A stretch of 64,000 nucleotides of DNA from Candidatus Magasanikiibacteriota bacterium (GCA_023246655.1 JAHFHX010000001.1:28648-92647); one strand, 5' to 3'; positions 1 through 9,214 are shown, counted from the stretch's first letter. Notes: generated by a model not told the origin, from the sequence alone. Made by a program: numbers and translations.

Positions 1-94
1 ATAAAGAGGAGGTATTCGCGAACGGGGTTTTTTGTTTGACGACTATTTAGGGAAAGCATATACTAGTAGTACTTTTGTTAAGTTTACCATTGAT

Positions 95-1543
95 ATGCCT
101 TTGTCTGATCTTGGTCTTATTGGCCTTGCAGTGATGGGTTCTAATTTGGCTCGCAATTTTGCGAGTCGTGGGTTTACTGTTTCTGTTTATAACCGCAGCC
201 CTGAACGTACCAATGAGTTTATTAAAGAGTTTGGTAATGAAAAATTAGTGGGCACATTTGATTATGTTCAATTTGTCCGCTCACTCAAACGTCCGCGCAA
301 GATTATGGTAATGGTAAAAGCTGGCGCGGCCGTCGATGGCGTTATCGCCGATCTTTTACCGTATCTCCAAGCCGGCGACATCATCATCGACGGTGGTAAT
401 TCACACTATCGTGATACTCAGCGGCGCTCTAAAGAATTGGTTGCCTCCGCCACAGGCGGAAAAAAAATTCACTTTGTTGGCTGCGGTGTTTCTGGTGGGG
501 AAGAGGGGGCTTTGCATGGCCCCAGCCTTATGCCGGGCGGAAGTAAAGAAGCGTGGCAACAAATTAAAGTGTATTACCAAGCGATTGCGGCCAAAGATTT
601 TTCTGGGCGGCCGTGCATCACCTATGTTGGGGACAATGGCGCTGGGCATTATGTGAAAATGGTGCACAATGGTATTGAGTATGCCGTGATGCAACTTATG
701 GCCGAGGCCTATCAAATGTTGCGCGTGGTGTATAAGCAAACTCCCCAGCAAATTGGCGAATTATTCAAAAAATATAATGCCGGAAAATTAAATTCATTTT
801 TATTTCAAATTGCCGTGCCGGTTTTAACGCGCCAAGATGAATTAAAAAAAGGATTTTTGATTGATGCCATCCTCGACCGTGCTGGCGCTAAAGGCACTGG
901 CCAATGGGCGAGTGTGGACGCCTTGGAGCGGGGGATGAGCATCTCGTCTGTTACCGAAGCAGTATTCGCGCGCTCCACTTCGGCCGCGAAAAATGATCGG
1001 CTAAAACTCTCAAAACTCTATCGAATGCTCCCCACCAAAGGCGGGTCCACCTTGGGTGGAAAAAAATTTCAGACCATTCTGGAAAATGCTTTGTACGCCG
1101 CAATGATTTCGTGTTATGCGCAAGGGTATGAGCTCATCCGTAAAGCTGCAGCAGAGGAAAAATGGGAAGTCAATTTGGCGGAAATATCCCGCATTTGGGA
1201 AGGTGGCTGCATTATTCGCGCTAAACTCCTCAATGTGCTTCATTCCGCCTATCAAAAAGGCAATTCAAAAAATAGTCCGCTCTTGGCCGTGCCCGGCATC
1301 GTCACCTTAATTAAAAAACATCTTCCCGAGCTGCGCGCGCTCGTTTCGTTTGCTGGCACCACCGGCGTTTCCACTCCCAGTTTTTCCACGGCGCTGTTTT
1401 ACGTGCAAGACATGACGACTGAGCGTCTCCCCGCCAACCTCATCCAAGGCCTCCGCGATTTTTTCGGCGCCCACACCTATGAACGTACCGATCGGCCGGG
1501 GAGTTTTCATACGGAGTGGAATCAACGAACAATTAACAATTAA
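95..1543 (+). CDS. gnd: 6-phosphogluconate dehydrogenase (decarboxylating)
   Basis: N-terminal Rossmann motif GLIGLAVMGSNLARNF and length ~480 aa are typical of 6PGDH. Start chosen at ATG 95 (MPLSDLGLIG...). The listed ORF extends to 32 through a non-ATG start. An AAGGAGG-like SD sits at 4-13. Confidence 0.85.
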   Translation: MPLSDLGLIGLAVMGSNLARNFASRGFTVSVYNRSPERTNEFIKEFGNEKLVGTFDYVQFVRSLKRPRKIMVMVKAGAAVDGVIADLLPYLQAGDIIIDGGNSHYRDTQRRSKELVASATGGKKIHFVGCGVSGGEEGALHGPSLMPGGSKEAWQQIKVYYQAIAAKDFSGRPCITYVGDNGAGHYVKMVHNGIEYAVMQLMAEAYQMLRVVYKQTPQQIGELFKKYNAGKLNSFLFQIAVPVLTRQDELKKGFLIDAILDRAGAKGTGQWASVDALERGMSISSVTEAVFARSTSAAKNDRLKLSKLYRMLPTKGGSTLGGKKFQTILENALYAAMISCYAQGYELIRKAAAEEKWEVNLAEISRIWEGGCIIRAKLLNVLHSAYQKGNSKNSPLLAVPGIVTLIKKHLPELRALVSFAGTTGVSTPSFSTALFYVQDMTTERLPANLIQGLRDFFGAHTYERTDRPGSFHTEWNQRTINN

Positions 1544-1580
1544 CAATTCAATTTGTTATTTGTTCATTGTTAATTTTTTT

Positions 1581-2999
1581 ATGTCACCTCTCATCGCCCC
1601 ACAACCATTTCTTCTCACCATCTTTGGCGCTTCGGGCGACCTGGCTAAGCTTAAAATTTTTCCCAATCTCTATCGCTTGGCCGAATTTAAACGGTTGCCA
1701 AAGCAATATTATATTATTGGTTTTTCCCGTACTCCAAAAACCCGCGAAGAATTTCATCGGGATTTTTCTGCGAGTATCAGTGCAGCGGTTGGCAGTGAAC
1801 TTAAAACCGAGGTACTGACGGAACTTTTGAATCATGTCTATTATTTTTCCGGTCAGTATTCAGAGATTCAGAGTTTCCAGGCTTATCGAACGTTTTTTGA
1901 GCATGTGGCCGGTACGAAGAAAATAACGCACCTGGCTTATTTTTCCGTGCCTTCGGCAATTTATAAAGATATTATTAGCAACCTGGCGGCCATTCGCCAA
2001 AACAGCGATGATCTTCGTTTAATTTTGGAAAAGCCGTTTGGGCAAAGCCGCGCTAGCGCGGAAGAGCTCTTTCATTTTGCTTTGCAACATTTTAATGAGC
2101 AGCAATTTTATTTGCTGGATCATTACTTGGGTAAAACTGCTGTCCGTAGCATGCTGCGTCTCCGCGAGTCCAATCGAATTTTGAGTCATATGATGCGTGG
2201 CTACGAAATTGCCAATATCCAAATTTCTGCGTTTGAAAATTTTGGCGTTAAAGAACGGGCTAGTTATTTTGATCAGGTTGGTACAATGAAAGATTTTTTG
2301 CAGTCTCACTTGCTCCAAATGTTGGCGCTGCTTACCATGTCTATCCCTATTGAACAAAATGCGGCCAGTTTGCAGCGGGAACGTTATGCCATGCTTTCAG
2401 CTATTGCCTGTCCGTGTAGCGAACGTAATGTAGTGATGGGCCAGTATGCCAGCTATCTTAAAGAAAATGGCATTCCTAAAAGTTCGCGAACGGAAACCTT
2501 TGCGGCGGTACGTTTGTTGGTGGATCGATTAGATTGGCACGGCGTTCCGATGTATATTCGTACCGGCAAACAACTGAGCAAAAAACATACCTACGCAGTG
2601 GTTGAACTCAAGAAGTTCCCTTTTCAGCGCCCGGGCGAAGCTCCCAACCGTCTTATTTTTGAACTGTATCCGGTGGAGCGTCTTACGATAACGCTGGTTA
2701 ATCGCCTTGGTGAAATTGATAGCTTTCAAGAATTGAGTTTGAGTCAATCCATTGGTTGTAGTATTGAAGAAGGTTGCTTGCCAGAGTACGCGACCCTTAT
2801 GCTTGATGTTTTACGCGGCGAGAAGAAATATTTCCTGAGTTTCCCCGAGATTATTGCCCAGTGGAATGTAGCGGATCAGATCGTGCGTTTAGTTGAGGAA
2901 CAAAAAGTAAAATTAGAAAAATATGCCGATGGCTCCGAAGGTCCAAAGTCCCAGCATGCCCTTCCGGCGATGGATGGTTTTGCCTGGTTTAATCTATAA
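1581..2999 (+). CDS. zwf: glucose-6-phosphate 1-dehydrogenase
   Basis: G6PD NADP-binding motif FGASGDLAKLKIFP near the N-terminus, ~470 aa. ATG at 1581 gives MSPLIAPQPFLLTIFGASGDL. Confidence 0.88.
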   Translation: MSPLIAPQPFLLTIFGASGDLAKLKIFPNLYRLAEFKRLPKQYYIIGFSRTPKTREEFHRDFSASISAAVGSELKTEVLTELLNHVYYFSGQYSEIQSFQAYRTFFEHVAGTKKITHLAYFSVPSAIYKDIISNLAAIRQNSDDLRLILEKPFGQSRASAEELFHFALQHFNEQQFYLLDHYLGKTAVRSMLRLRESNRILSHMMRGYEIANIQISAFENFGVKERASYFDQVGTMKDFLQSHLLQMLALLTMSIPIEQNAASLQRERYAMLSAIACPCSERNVVMGQYASYLKENGIPKSSRTETFAAVRLLVDRLDWHGVPMYIRTGKQLSKKHTYAVVELKKFPFQRPGEAPNRLIFELYPVERLTITLVNRLGEIDSFQELSLSQSIGCSIEEGCLPEYATLMLDVLRGEKKYFLSFPEIIAQWNVADQIVRLVEEQKVKLEKYADGSEGPKSQHALPAMDGFAWFNL

Positions 3000-3022
3000 T
3001 TATTTCTTATCTCATAGCATCT

Positions 3023-4279
3023 ATGGAATCTACCAATGCTTTTACAAATGCTTTGGCACAACTCACCAAAGCCGCCGCGGTTATTAAACTAGAGCCGGCT
3101 ATGTATCAACGTTTGGCGTTGCCGCAGCGTTTTTTGGCAGTAGCAATTCCCGTCACCATGGATGATGGTTCCGTACGAGTATTCCACGGTTTTCGCAGCC
3201 AGTACAATAATGCGCGCGGGCCGTTTAAAGGCGGCATTCGTTTTCATCCGGCTGTTTCCGAAGATGAAGTGAAAGCACTCTCCCTGTGGATGACTATGAA
3301 ATGCGCCGTTGTGGGGTTGCCGCTGGGCGGTGGTAAGGGGGGTATTATTGTTAATCCAAAAGAACTATCAACGGGGGAATTGGAACGATTGTCGCGTGGC
3401 TATATCCGGGCGTTGTATAGATACTTAGGTCCAGACCAAGATGTGCCGGCGCCCGATGTGTATACCACCCCGCAAATTATGGCCTGGATATTGGATGAGT
3501 ACGAACATTTGGTTGGCCACCATGCACCGGGGCTTATTACCGGTAAGCCTTTGGCCATTGGTGGGTCGGCCGGGCGCGGAACGGCCACGGCGCAGGGTGG
3601 ATTCTTTGTGCTTGATGAAGCAATGAAAAAAATGGGAAAAAAAGTAGCCGGTACCACCGTTGCGGTGCAAGGATTTGGGAATGCCGGAAGCAATATGGTT
3701 GATCTGTTGGCTGCTCACGGGTATAAAGTTGTTGCCATTAGTGATTCACGGGGCGGCGTGTATCATGAGGCAGGAATTGATTCTAAACAATTACAGGAAT
3801 TAAAAAATAATGGGATGTCTCTTGAGTCGTATTGTTCTGGTAAGGCTGGCGCCTGCCGAGCTATTACTAATCAAGAATTATTGGAACTGCCTGTTGATGT
3901 ATTGGTTCCGGCCGCGCTGGAAAACCAAATTACAGCCGAGAATGCCCCGCGTATTAAAGCTTCCCTGGTGCTGGAACTTGCCAATGGCCCTACAACACCA
4001 GAAGCAGACGAAATATTATTTACGAATGGAACGAAAGTTGTGCCCGATATTTTAGCTAATGCCGGTGGCGTTACCGTATCTTATTTCGAACAAGTTCAGA
4101 ATGCAGCCAATTATTATTGGCCGGAGGCAGAGGTGATGAGTAAACTTAAAGCCATTATGGTTGAATCGTGTTCAGCGGTGTGGAAAGTACAGGAAGAACA
4201 CAACATAACCCTGCGAACCGCGGCGCACGTGGTGGCACTTCGTCGCGTCACCGAAGCGATGGCGGTGCGCGGGATTTAA
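3023..4279 (+). CDS. gdhA: Glu/Leu/Phe/Val dehydrogenase family, probable glutamate dehydrogenase
   Basis: GPFKGGIRFHP and LGGGKGGIIVNP signature motifs, plus a C-terminal NAD(P) domain GFGNAGS. Confidence 0.88.
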   Translation: MESTNAFTNALAQLTKAAAVIKLEPAMYQRLALPQRFLAVAIPVTMDDGSVRVFHGFRSQYNNARGPFKGGIRFHPAVSEDEVKALSLWMTMKCAVVGLPLGGGKGGIIVNPKELSTGELERLSRGYIRALYRYLGPDQDVPAPDVYTTPQIMAWILDEYEHLVGHHAPGLITGKPLAIGGSAGRGTATAQGGFFVLDEAMKKMGKKVAGTTVAVQGFGNAGSNMVDLLAAHGYKVVAISDSRGGVYHEAGIDSKQLQELKNNGMSLESYCSGKAGACRAITNQELLELPVDVLVPAALENQITAENAPRIKASLVLELANGPTTPEADEILFTNGTKVVPDILANAGGVTVSYFEQVQNAANYYWPEAEVMSKLKAIMVESCSAVWKVQEEHNITLRTAAHVVALRRVTEAMAVRGI

Positions 4280-4286
4280 AAAAGTT

Positions 4287-4970
4287 ATGAACGTTAGTAA
4301 ATTTAATTCGTCAACTCAGTTCATAGCCGCGACTGAGGCAGTTATTGTTGCACTCTGTAATGCCACTACCGGAGTGAAACACATTGCCTTAAGCGGCGGC
4401 AAAACTCCGCGGCCAATTTACGAAGCCTTGGCGACAAATGCGGCTATACATTTTGACGATATTGAGTGGTACTTGGTTGATGAACGTTATGTTCCACTGG
4501 ATCACCCGGACTCAAATTATAAAATGATTGTGGAAGCATTTAGCGCGGCCCAGCCAACATTTTCCGAGCATTTTCATTATTTTGATACCAGTTTGCCGCT
4601 TAAGGAATCTGCTCACCGTTACGAAACTGAGCTTAAAAATATTCCGGGGTTACAGTTTGATCTTTGTGTTCTTGGCATCGGTAGCGACGGCCACACCGCT
4701 TCACTTTTTCCGGGGAGCTCCGCACTTTATGAACGCGAACGCCTGGTCGTACCTGCCATTAACGAATTTGTTCCACACCCCCCGGTGCATGAGAGACTAA
4801 CGCTTACGTGGCCAATGATTTTAAAAAGTAAGGAAGTGCTTTTGTTAGCTTCAGGACAGGAAAAACAGGCGATAATTGCGGAATTGCAATTTTCTCACAA
4901 ACAATTTACAGAATTGCCAGCAAAAAAATTGTTGGAGCACCACAATTTTAAAATTTATTTTTTTTCATAA
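4287..4970 (+). CDS. pgl: 6-phosphogluconolactonase (glucosamine-6-P isomerase/6PGL family)
   Basis: LSGGKTPRPIYEAL and GIGSDGHTASLFPG motifs. Its position inside the zwf/gnd cluster favours 6PGL. Confidence 0.8.
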   Translation: MNVSKFNSSTQFIAATEAVIVALCNATTGVKHIALSGGKTPRPIYEALATNAAIHFDDIEWYLVDERYVPLDHPDSNYKMIVEAFSAAQPTFSEHFHYFDTSLPLKESAHRYETELKNIPGLQFDLCVLGIGSDGHTASLFPGSSALYERERLVVPAINEFVPHPPVHERLTLTWPMILKSKEVLLLASGQEKQAIIAELQFSHKQFTELPAKKLLEHHNFKIYFFS

Positions 4971-5133
4971 CAATACTATTGTCGGAAGGCAATTTTTTTA
5001 GTAGTATAAATGTCGTGAGGAAAGGCGGAGAGGAGATAGGCTGCGTGGGCAACATGCAAAACCTATCTTCCTCTCCCAACCTCACATTGCAAGATACTCG
5101 GTAGAAGCCCGAGTTTTTTGTTTGCTCGGTTTT

Positions 5134-6393
5134 CTAATCCGTGAACACCACGCCCATGTTGAGGGCATCCTTGGCGCCGTGCACGAGTCTTCCGCGGCAG
5201 GCTGTCACCACCGCCTCGGCCGGGGAACGCTCGATGAAGTACACCACGAGGCGCGTGAAGCGCTCGTCCGTCGTGAGCTCCCCGTTCGCGTTGTAGTGCC
5301 GGAATTCCCGCTGGCGCCCCTTGAGCTCCCGCTGGAGGATGTAACGCCCACTGGAGCGCTGCGCTGCGTGGAGCGTGTCCTCAAACCTCGAATCATCCGA
5401 GAAGGCCACCCCCTTCGTCCCCGCCGAGATGGTCTCCTTGAGTACGTAGCGCTCCGTCAGGTTCGGGAGGGCGCCGTGCCGGGTCACGAGGTGGGTTTCC
5501 GGGAGATGCTGCCGGATCGTCTGGAGGGACTGCCCGCTCATCTGGGAACGGAGAATCGCTTCGATGTCGGCGTCATTCCCCGGGTTGCTGAGGATGGCGA
5601 GCAGGTTTTTCGAGCCCATGAAGGGCTTCGGCGGCATGAGGAACTTGATCTCGCCCTTCCGGTAGAGGTCGGCGAGGGCGTCGGTGAGGCGCGGGTTCTC
5701 GGTCATCACGGGGAAGTTCACGAGGGTACGCGTCGTCTCGCGCTCGCCGCGGATGATGAGATTCTGTCCGTCGACCGCCGTCTCGATCTCGTCGGCGACG
5801 ATGAGCTCGACCCCAGCGCTTCGGAGCGCCTGCCGGAGGATGTGAAACTCCGGGAGGTAGAAGCGCTCGCGGTGGCCGTAGAGGAAGACGAGCTGATCGA
5901 GGCCGCGCTTTTTGATCGCCGTCCCGAGACTCGTCCTGATCCCCGGGAGCGTGCTCGCGCCCGGGTTCACGGCCTCACGGATGGCGGCAAAGAGGGTCGC
6001 GTAGCCCATGGCCCGCCGGTTCATCGCGTCGATCTCGGCGATCCACAGGTGTCCCGCGGCGTCTTCCACGAAGTCAACCTTCACGATGAGCGGCGTCGTC
6101 GAGGGCTTCAGGAGCTGGAGCTCCCGGTGCGGCCGCGGCACCTCCATCGCGACAGCGTTCTTCAGGAGATCCCAGGTCTTGCCCGGGGCCAGCTCCCGCT
6201 GGTGGGCGATGGTCGCGATCCGCCCGAGGCCAGCGAGGCTCTCGGTGATCGCGGGGCCCAGGTGCTCGAGCTCCGTCCTCGCGCTCATGGGGAGCGGGAA
6301 GACATCCGGGGTGAGCAGGAAACCGTGCGTTTCCCGCCGTCCGCCGTCCCAGATACCCGATTCAATGACGATCTGTTCAATGAGCCTGTACAT
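5134..6393 (-). CDS. GC-rich (approx 62-65% GC) hypothetical enzyme, possibly ATP-grasp / glutathionylspermidine-synthase-like amidoligase; likely horizontally acquired
   Basis: 419-aa ORF with protein-like composition. The opposite-strand ORF 5122..6531 is an R/E/L-rich shadow. AAGGA sits ~6 nt before the ATG at 6393. The segment SKNLLAILSNPGN resembles the SNKxxLxxLW segment of GspS-like ATP-grasp proteins, but family assignment is tentative. A terminator hairpin follows at 5100-5130. Composition differs strongly from the AT-rich flanks. Confidence 0.55.
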   Translation of the reverse strand: MYRLIEQIVIESGIWDGGRRETHGFLLTPDVFPLPMSARTELEHLGPAITESLAGLGRIATIAHQRELAPGKTWDLLKNAVAMEVPRPHRELQLLKPSTTPLIVKVDFVEDAAGHLWIAEIDAMNRRAMGYATLFAAIREAVNPGASTLPGIRTSLGTAIKKRGLDQLVFLYGHRERFYLPEFHILRQALRSAGVELIVADEIETAVDGQNLIIRGERETTRTLVNFPVMTENPRLTDALADLYRKGEIKFLMPPKPFMGSKNLLAILSNPGNDADIEAILRSQMSGQSLQTIRQHLPETHLVTRHGALPNLTERYVLKETISAGTKGVAFSDDSRFEDTLHAAQRSSGRYILQRELKGRQREFRHYNANGELTTDERFTRLVVYFIERSPAEAVVTACRGRLVHGAKDALNMGVVFTD

Positions 6394-7053
6394 GGTTGTG
6401 TCCTTGCAGTGAGTTGTGGAAACGATTGTCGCTCGTTTCCTTGTTCGTCAGGTTTATACCCTGAAAGGTGTTCTCGTCACATTTCAAAGTACAAAAAACC
6501 CTGCGGTGGGCGCAGGGTAGAGTACAAATAAAGTGTACGCTAATAGTACCCGGCGCCAGTGGTGAGCCAGTTCCAGGCAAAATAATAAGTTGTGGGCAGT
6601 TGTGAGAACATACGTTATATAATAATACTGAGGATTGCAGATAGGTATTCTATGATAAATGTTGGTTGTTCATGAGGGCATTGCGGTTTTGTTATAAAAA
6701 ATAAACCGCCCGATGACTCGGGCGGTTGGTTTAGTAATTTTGTTATCAATTACAAAATTCACCACTCGAGCAAAGAGGGCAGGTGGTACGACCAAAACAG
6801 TGTAATAGAGTGGTGAGAAAATTTCATACAGTTTAAGAATAGTAGTATCGTAATGTTATTTATTTTTTCAGTCAAGCTAGAGTTGTTGATAACTTTATTT
6901 TAAGTATCAATAATGCCGTGGCGTTGAGAACCAATATTTTTTTGTGCCACCTGCTGCCAGTTGTTGGATATTTTATTTTTCCTTCGCAACATCACCAATA
7001 ATCTTGGCGATGTAGTAGAAGGGGAGAGGCGAAATTTTTTCACCTCTCCGCGG

Positions 7054-7127
7054 GGCCCCAGGGCGGATTTGAACCGCCGACTCGCAGATTTTCAGTCCGC
7101 TGCTCTGCCAGGCTGAGCTACCGGGGC
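7054..7127 (-). tRNA. tRNA-Phe (anticodon GAA)
   Basis: The reverse complement folds as a cloverleaf: acceptor GCCCCGG/CTGGGGC, D-arm GCTC-AGCCTGGCA-GAGC, anticodon stem GCGGA/TCTGC with loop CTGAAAA (anticodon GAA), T-arm GGCGG-TTCAAAT-CCGCC. CCA is not encoded. A hairpin at 7021-7050 follows the 3' end. Confidence 0.9.
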
Positions 7128-7187
7128 GGGAGACTTGGGGAGTCAGGGCCGCACGCGTTGCACGCGCGGCGCTGACATCCCGGGGGG

Positions 7188-7337
7188 TCACCGATCGGCG
7201 GCAGGAGGGGGCGCGACCGGACTCTTGCGCCGCCGCGGGGGCGGCAGTTCGAAGGGGTCCACGTGGAATTGTGGATCCTTCTTGATAGGGGGGTTCCCAG
7301 CGGGGGGCTGGGACGGGGGTGCCGGGGTGCGTTCCAT
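7188..7337 (-). CDS. small proline-rich ORF (49 aa) in GC-rich patch
   Basis: ATG 7337..7335 is preceded by AAGGAGA at a 7-nt spacing. Encodes MERTPAPPSQPPAGNPPIKKDPQFHVDPFELPPPRRRKSPVAPPPAADR. The listed 91/100-aa ORFs in other frames lack ribosome-binding sites. Speculative. Confidence 0.3.
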   Translation of the reverse strand: MERTPAPPSQPPAGNPPIKKDPQFHVDPFELPPPRRRKSPVAPPPAADR

Positions 7338-7914
7338 GCGCGTTTCTCCTTACCCCCTTGTAAGCGGGGGTTTGCCAAAGAGTCTCTCAGCACGAGAGGC
7401 GATTGACGCTAGTGCATCGCACGCTATCTCTTGCTGATTATTCTATTTGTCAAAATGAGTAATACGATATCCCGAGTGAGTCGGGATTGTTAACGTCGGC
7501 ATCGAGCTTCGTCCGCCTTTGGCGCACTCGCTCTCCGCTCGTCGTTAACAAAAAAACCGCCCGAAGCTCGGGCGGTTTGGAAATTTGTGTTATTTAGCAA
7601 CCACAAGTTCCACCGCCTGAGCCAGGGGAGGTAAAGTAGAAAAAGAAAACTTGATTTAAGCGGTTGGAATTCATAATATTTAAATGGTAGCACAGGTTGT
7701 TTCGGTAGTCAAATGGAACCTTGTGGATAAATAAAAATTGCGTTATACTGTAGGGTATGGAACTGGTACTAAGTTATTGTAATAAAGCCTCGTAGAGAGT
7801 GGTTTTCTTGCACCCAAACCCCGCTGTGGCGGGTCGTAATGGGCGCCGCGAAAATCACTCTCTATTTCGGCCCAAATTAGATAAAAATTAATGATAATTT
7901 AATACCTACCTTAT

Positions 7915-9075
7915 ATGCAATTTTCTTCCTCAATACCTATTGAACCCTCCGCCACCCTTACCATCAATAGTAAGGCTTTGGAAAAAAAAGCTCGGGGGGA
8001 GCGGGTGTACAACCTTAGTGCAGGCGAACCGATGTTAGCACCACACCCAGCAATTGTAGAGGGGGCACTTCAAGCGATGCACGCTGGCAAAACCTTATAC
8101 CCGCCGGTCGCTGGCATACCAGAACTGCGCCAGGCTGCTGCCCAATGGATGCGCACAACGTATGGTACTTGGTTTGAACAAAAAAATACTTTGGTAACGT
8201 GCGGTGGTAAATTTGGTATTTTTGCTTTATTAGAGGCGTATCTACAACCAGGCGATGAGACGTTGATCATTGCGCCGTATTGGGTTTCGTATCCACAACT
8301 TGTCAAATTATTTGGTGGCGTGCCACGAATTATCCAAACCGAAGAAAAGAGTGGTTGGAAAATTTCCATGAGCGAACTTAAAAAGATTGAGACTAAGATT
8401 AAGATTTTGATATTGAATAACGCCGCCAACCCAACTGGTGCTGTGTACACTCGTGAAGAATTAAAGAATATTCTTGGCTGGGCGAAAGAAAAAAATATTA
8501 TCGTCATCTCTGATGAAGTGTATAGCGGCCTGGTGTATGATGGAGCGGAATATGTTTCCTGTGGCTCGTTCCCGGAGCACCAAGACCACGTTATTGTTAT
8601 CCAAAGTTGTTCCAAACATTTTGCCATGACTGGTTGGCGCGTTGGATTTGTATTCGCTCCTGAGGAAGTTATAAAAGTCCTTACCATGCTCCAGAGCCAG
8701 AGCACCACGGGTACGTCATCCATTAGTCAATGGGCAGCATTGGCGGCTTTGGAGCATGCTACGGAGATTATTCCAACTGTTCGCCAAGCTATGGAGCAGA
8801 GGCGTGATATTTTTATTAAGACATTCGCGCAATTATTTGGCATTACTCTATCTGTTCCAGCCTCCGCATTATATATTTTTATTGCTATGCGTCATTTGCA
8901 GTTAACTCATTCCGACTCAGTGCAATTTTGTAGGGAATTGATTGAAAAAGCCAACATTGCCCTGGTACCGGGTGCCGCGTTTGGAGCCGAAGGGTATGTG
9001 CGAGCGTCATTTGGGGCAGATGCGAACGAGCTTTGCGAATCACTGCAGGCCGTGGCAGTTTATTTACAGAAATAA
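7915..9075 (+). CDS. pyridoxal-phosphate-dependent aminotransferase, class I/II (aspartate aminotransferase-like)
   Basis: NAANPTGAVYTREEL and the PLP-lysine region SCSKHFAMTGWRVGF, ~386 aa. Confidence 0.85.
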   Translation: MQFSSSIPIEPSATLTINSKALEKKARGERVYNLSAGEPMLAPHPAIVEGALQAMHAGKTLYPPVAGIPELRQAAAQWMRTTYGTWFEQKNTLVTCGGKFGIFALLEAYLQPGDETLIIAPYWVSYPQLVKLFGGVPRIIQTEEKSGWKISMSELKKIETKIKILILNNAANPTGAVYTREELKNILGWAKEKNIIVISDEVYSGLVYDGAEYVSCGSFPEHQDHVIVIQSCSKHFAMTGWRVGFVFAPEEVIKVLTMLQSQSTTGTSSISQWAALAALEHATEIIPTVRQAMEQRRDIFIKTFAQLFGITLSVPASALYIFIAMRHLQLTHSDSVQFCRELIEKANIALVPGAAFGAEGYVRASFGADANELCESLQAVAVYLQK

Positions 9076-9214
9076 ATTTGAGGAAAAAAATATCCCGACT
9101 CAGTCGGGATATTTTTTGTTCCTTTATTGGCAGAAGGATACCAACAAAGGAACGGACGGAACGACGGACTCCGCGCCGAGTTGCGCGGTGTCTGCCGTTC
9201 CGTAGGTGGCGGGG

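Noticed and set aside
5122-6531. 469-aa plus-strand ORF overlapping the GC-rich gene
   Set aside because: Its R/E/L/G/V-dominated, repetitive translation is typical of an antisense shadow ORF in GC-rich DNA. The minus-strand frame has protein-like composition and a ribosome-binding site.
7118-7437. 91-aa and 100-aa ORFs in the GC-rich block next to tRNA-Phe
   Set aside because: They have no ribosome-binding site and are low-complexity. A different frame (7188..7337) has a strong SD and was preferred, itself at low confidence.
7583-7914. T-box, SRP RNA, tmRNA or RNase P RNA in the long intergenic regions (also 6400-7050, 12350-12640)
   Set aside because: I looked for the T-box AGGGTGGNACCGCG, the SRP domain IV GGAA apical loop context, the tmRNA tRNA-like 3' end and RNase P conserved blocks. 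None was convincingly present, so the elements are reported as unclassified structured regions.
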